A stretch of DNA of 62,881 nt, counting the filler, from Rhabdomonas costata (taxonomy: Eukaryota): the NCBI GenBank assembly GCA_019059605.1. It is 42 parts of 42 records of this genome, joined end to end, with 100 filler letters (N's around TTAATTAATTAA, not from the genome) between each part and the next. Parts side by side here need not be neighbours in the genome. Positions count along the whole stretch, not along the records: positions 61,483 to 62,881 come from JAHMHO010017075.1; 41 more parts are not named here. One strand, 5' to 3'. The notes under the pieces are model-generated. The model worked only from the letters and a program-made list of their open reading frames with translations, made no database searches and was not told the DNA's origin. Numbering within the stretch: the stretch's first letter is position 1; the number at the start of each line of letters is the position of its first letter. The translations under genes and the position numbers were made by a program. Of the stretch, positions 61,383 to 62,881 are shown one piece after another.

Positions 61383-61899
61383 NNNNNNNNNNNNNNNNNN
61401 NNNNNNNNNNNNNNNNNNNNNNNNNNTTAATTAATTAANNNNNNNNNNNNNNNNNNNNNNNNNNNNNNNNNNNNNNNNNNNNTTTTGTTGGTGCTATTCA
61501 ATGCTAAAGAGGGATGTCTCGTCGGTATCTGCGCTTGGTGTGTTTGGCGCGCTTGAGGGAAGACGGCTGGGATTTTAGCGCGCTCGGCGGCAAGAGCACC
61601 CAGACGGTCGTCATCCAGACCAACGTCATGCCTTCAGCGCTGCCCCCAGCATTGTCCGGGCTGTGTGACCTGTTGGCCATCTATGAGGGTGGCGTTGTCT
61701 ACGTGCGGGCAATACTGGTCACGGTCCTGTGCCAGGCGGCGTAGGTCCAGCAAGAACAGCACGTTAGTGGCCGCTTCCGCTGCCAGGAGCCATTGCAGGC
61801 GCTGGCGGCCAGGAATGTCTGTGACTGGAGCGGCGTTTGGCCCGTATGGGCAGGTGTCAGTGATGTCTTTAGAATATGCGGCAAGCCCTCCAGCAGGCG

Positions 61900-62450
61900 T
61901 CGATGAGTGAGACAATAGAATGGGCGCGCCGGCAGACTTTGGTATTGGGTATATCCAGTGGACGCAAAACATGCACCAGCCTCCGGATCCATCGCATGTC
62001 CGCCGCGTCATGTGTCTGTCCGTCGTCTGGGGGCAGGTCCAGGCCTCGGCCCCATACAAGGCAATGGGTCGGACAATCGAGTGGTACATCAAAGCTTTCA
62101 GCCTGGTCGGAAGTTTGGCGGAGTCTCGAATGTGCAGAAGTTGTGCCAAACAGATGCCGACGAAATTTGTGAGGTCCTGGTAAGAGTTCAGGTGCGTAGG
62201 TGCCTAGGTGCGTAGGAGGCGATGTCTAAGATATGTTGGGTCGGAGGGCATGTGCGTGAGCTTTGTCCTCGGGTTGATGTTAATGCCAGATCTTTTGCGG
62301 GTGATTCGAACTGTACCATGCGCGATGGGAAAGCCGGCATGTTCCGTTCGATAGGTGCTATGTAATTTCCCGATGGATGGTCAATGGGTCCGGTTGGGCC
62401 AGGTCGCAATTCCCTGCAGCGCCTTCCCGTGGATGAACAAAGGCCGAAAA
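61900..62450 (-). mobile_element. Degenerate LINE (RTE-like) post-RT remnant
   Basis: KLPTRLKALMYHSIVRPIALYGAEAW is the typical K...Y...VRP.LLYG.E.W motif. Confidence 0.7.
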
Positions 62451-62746
62451 AGGACACATCCCTAACTAACGAACCCCAGGTTTAAAGGACCTTCCACATG
62501 CATCCAAAGGGATAGTGCGCATCAGGAATTCCGCTGTGGCATATGGGACGCGGCATATGACGCATATACCCTAGAGTTCCTAGGTAAGTAAAATTTCACC
62601 GTTTCACCCCGCCTTTGCAGCCATGCGGCCTGCCATCCGCGTTTATGGGCGGGCGCATGGTTGTGGGAATGAATGCGGTGCAGAACGGGGACCGCTGCAA
62701 TACGGCTTGCATTAGCGCTTTTGGCCCCTTCCCCTCTGGCAAAGGC

Positions 62747-62880
62747 GGTGTGGAATTGAGCAGCTGTACATGGATGGACTGCGTTTGGTCCTGGTGTGAG
62801 CCCCCGAAAAACAACGAACGGAGCCCGCGCACGCAGCAAGCATTGCAGTGGATCCAAGTGCAGCTGCTCAATTCCACACC
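62747..62880. repeat. Imperfect 36-bp inverted repeat (MITE-like)
   Basis: GGTGTGGAATTGAGCAGCTGTACATGGATGGACTGC (62747-62782) versus the reverse complement of 62845-62880, with 4 mismatches. Confidence 0.75.
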
Positions 62881-62881
62881 C

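Overview
This window is not one locus. It is a concatenation of 42 unlinked contigs of about 1.4 kb, joined by artificial N-TTAATTAATTAA-N spacers, so gene neighbourhood across spacers means nothing. Many contigs start with a short G/T-only run and end with a C/A-only run, which suggests semi-random-primer whole-genome amplification. Most contigs come from an intron-rich microbial eukaryote with GT-AG introns. A euglenozoan-like protist is a tentative inference from a CRE-clade retroelement, Merlin-like transposons and a tandem snoRNA cluster. Recognisable gene fragments include a DnaJ protein, a Sec7/BIG ARF-GEF, GPN3, a Trm112/preY-like protein, a STE-like kinase, a SPRY protein, a beta-helix repeat protein, a small GTPase, an NAD-dependent epimerase, a TGS-like cap methyltransferase, CBP80, a SpoVS-domain protein, a filamin repeat, a TMEM8-family protein, an EF-hand, a PHD finger and TAF2. 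Decayed Ty3/gypsy, non-LTR and Merlin elements are also present. Three things stand out. (1) Contig 37496-38895 looks like a Mimiviridae-type giant virus: an AT-rich intronless RPB5, a 3' hairpin, an AAAATTGA early promoter ahead of a GC-rich Cys-rich ORFan, and a small TIR element. (2) A 1274-bp tandem or circular unit carries four paralogous C/D-box snoRNA-like genes. (3) A eukaryotic gene with introns encodes tandem bacterial-type SpoVS domains. All family calls are by eye; no database searches were run.
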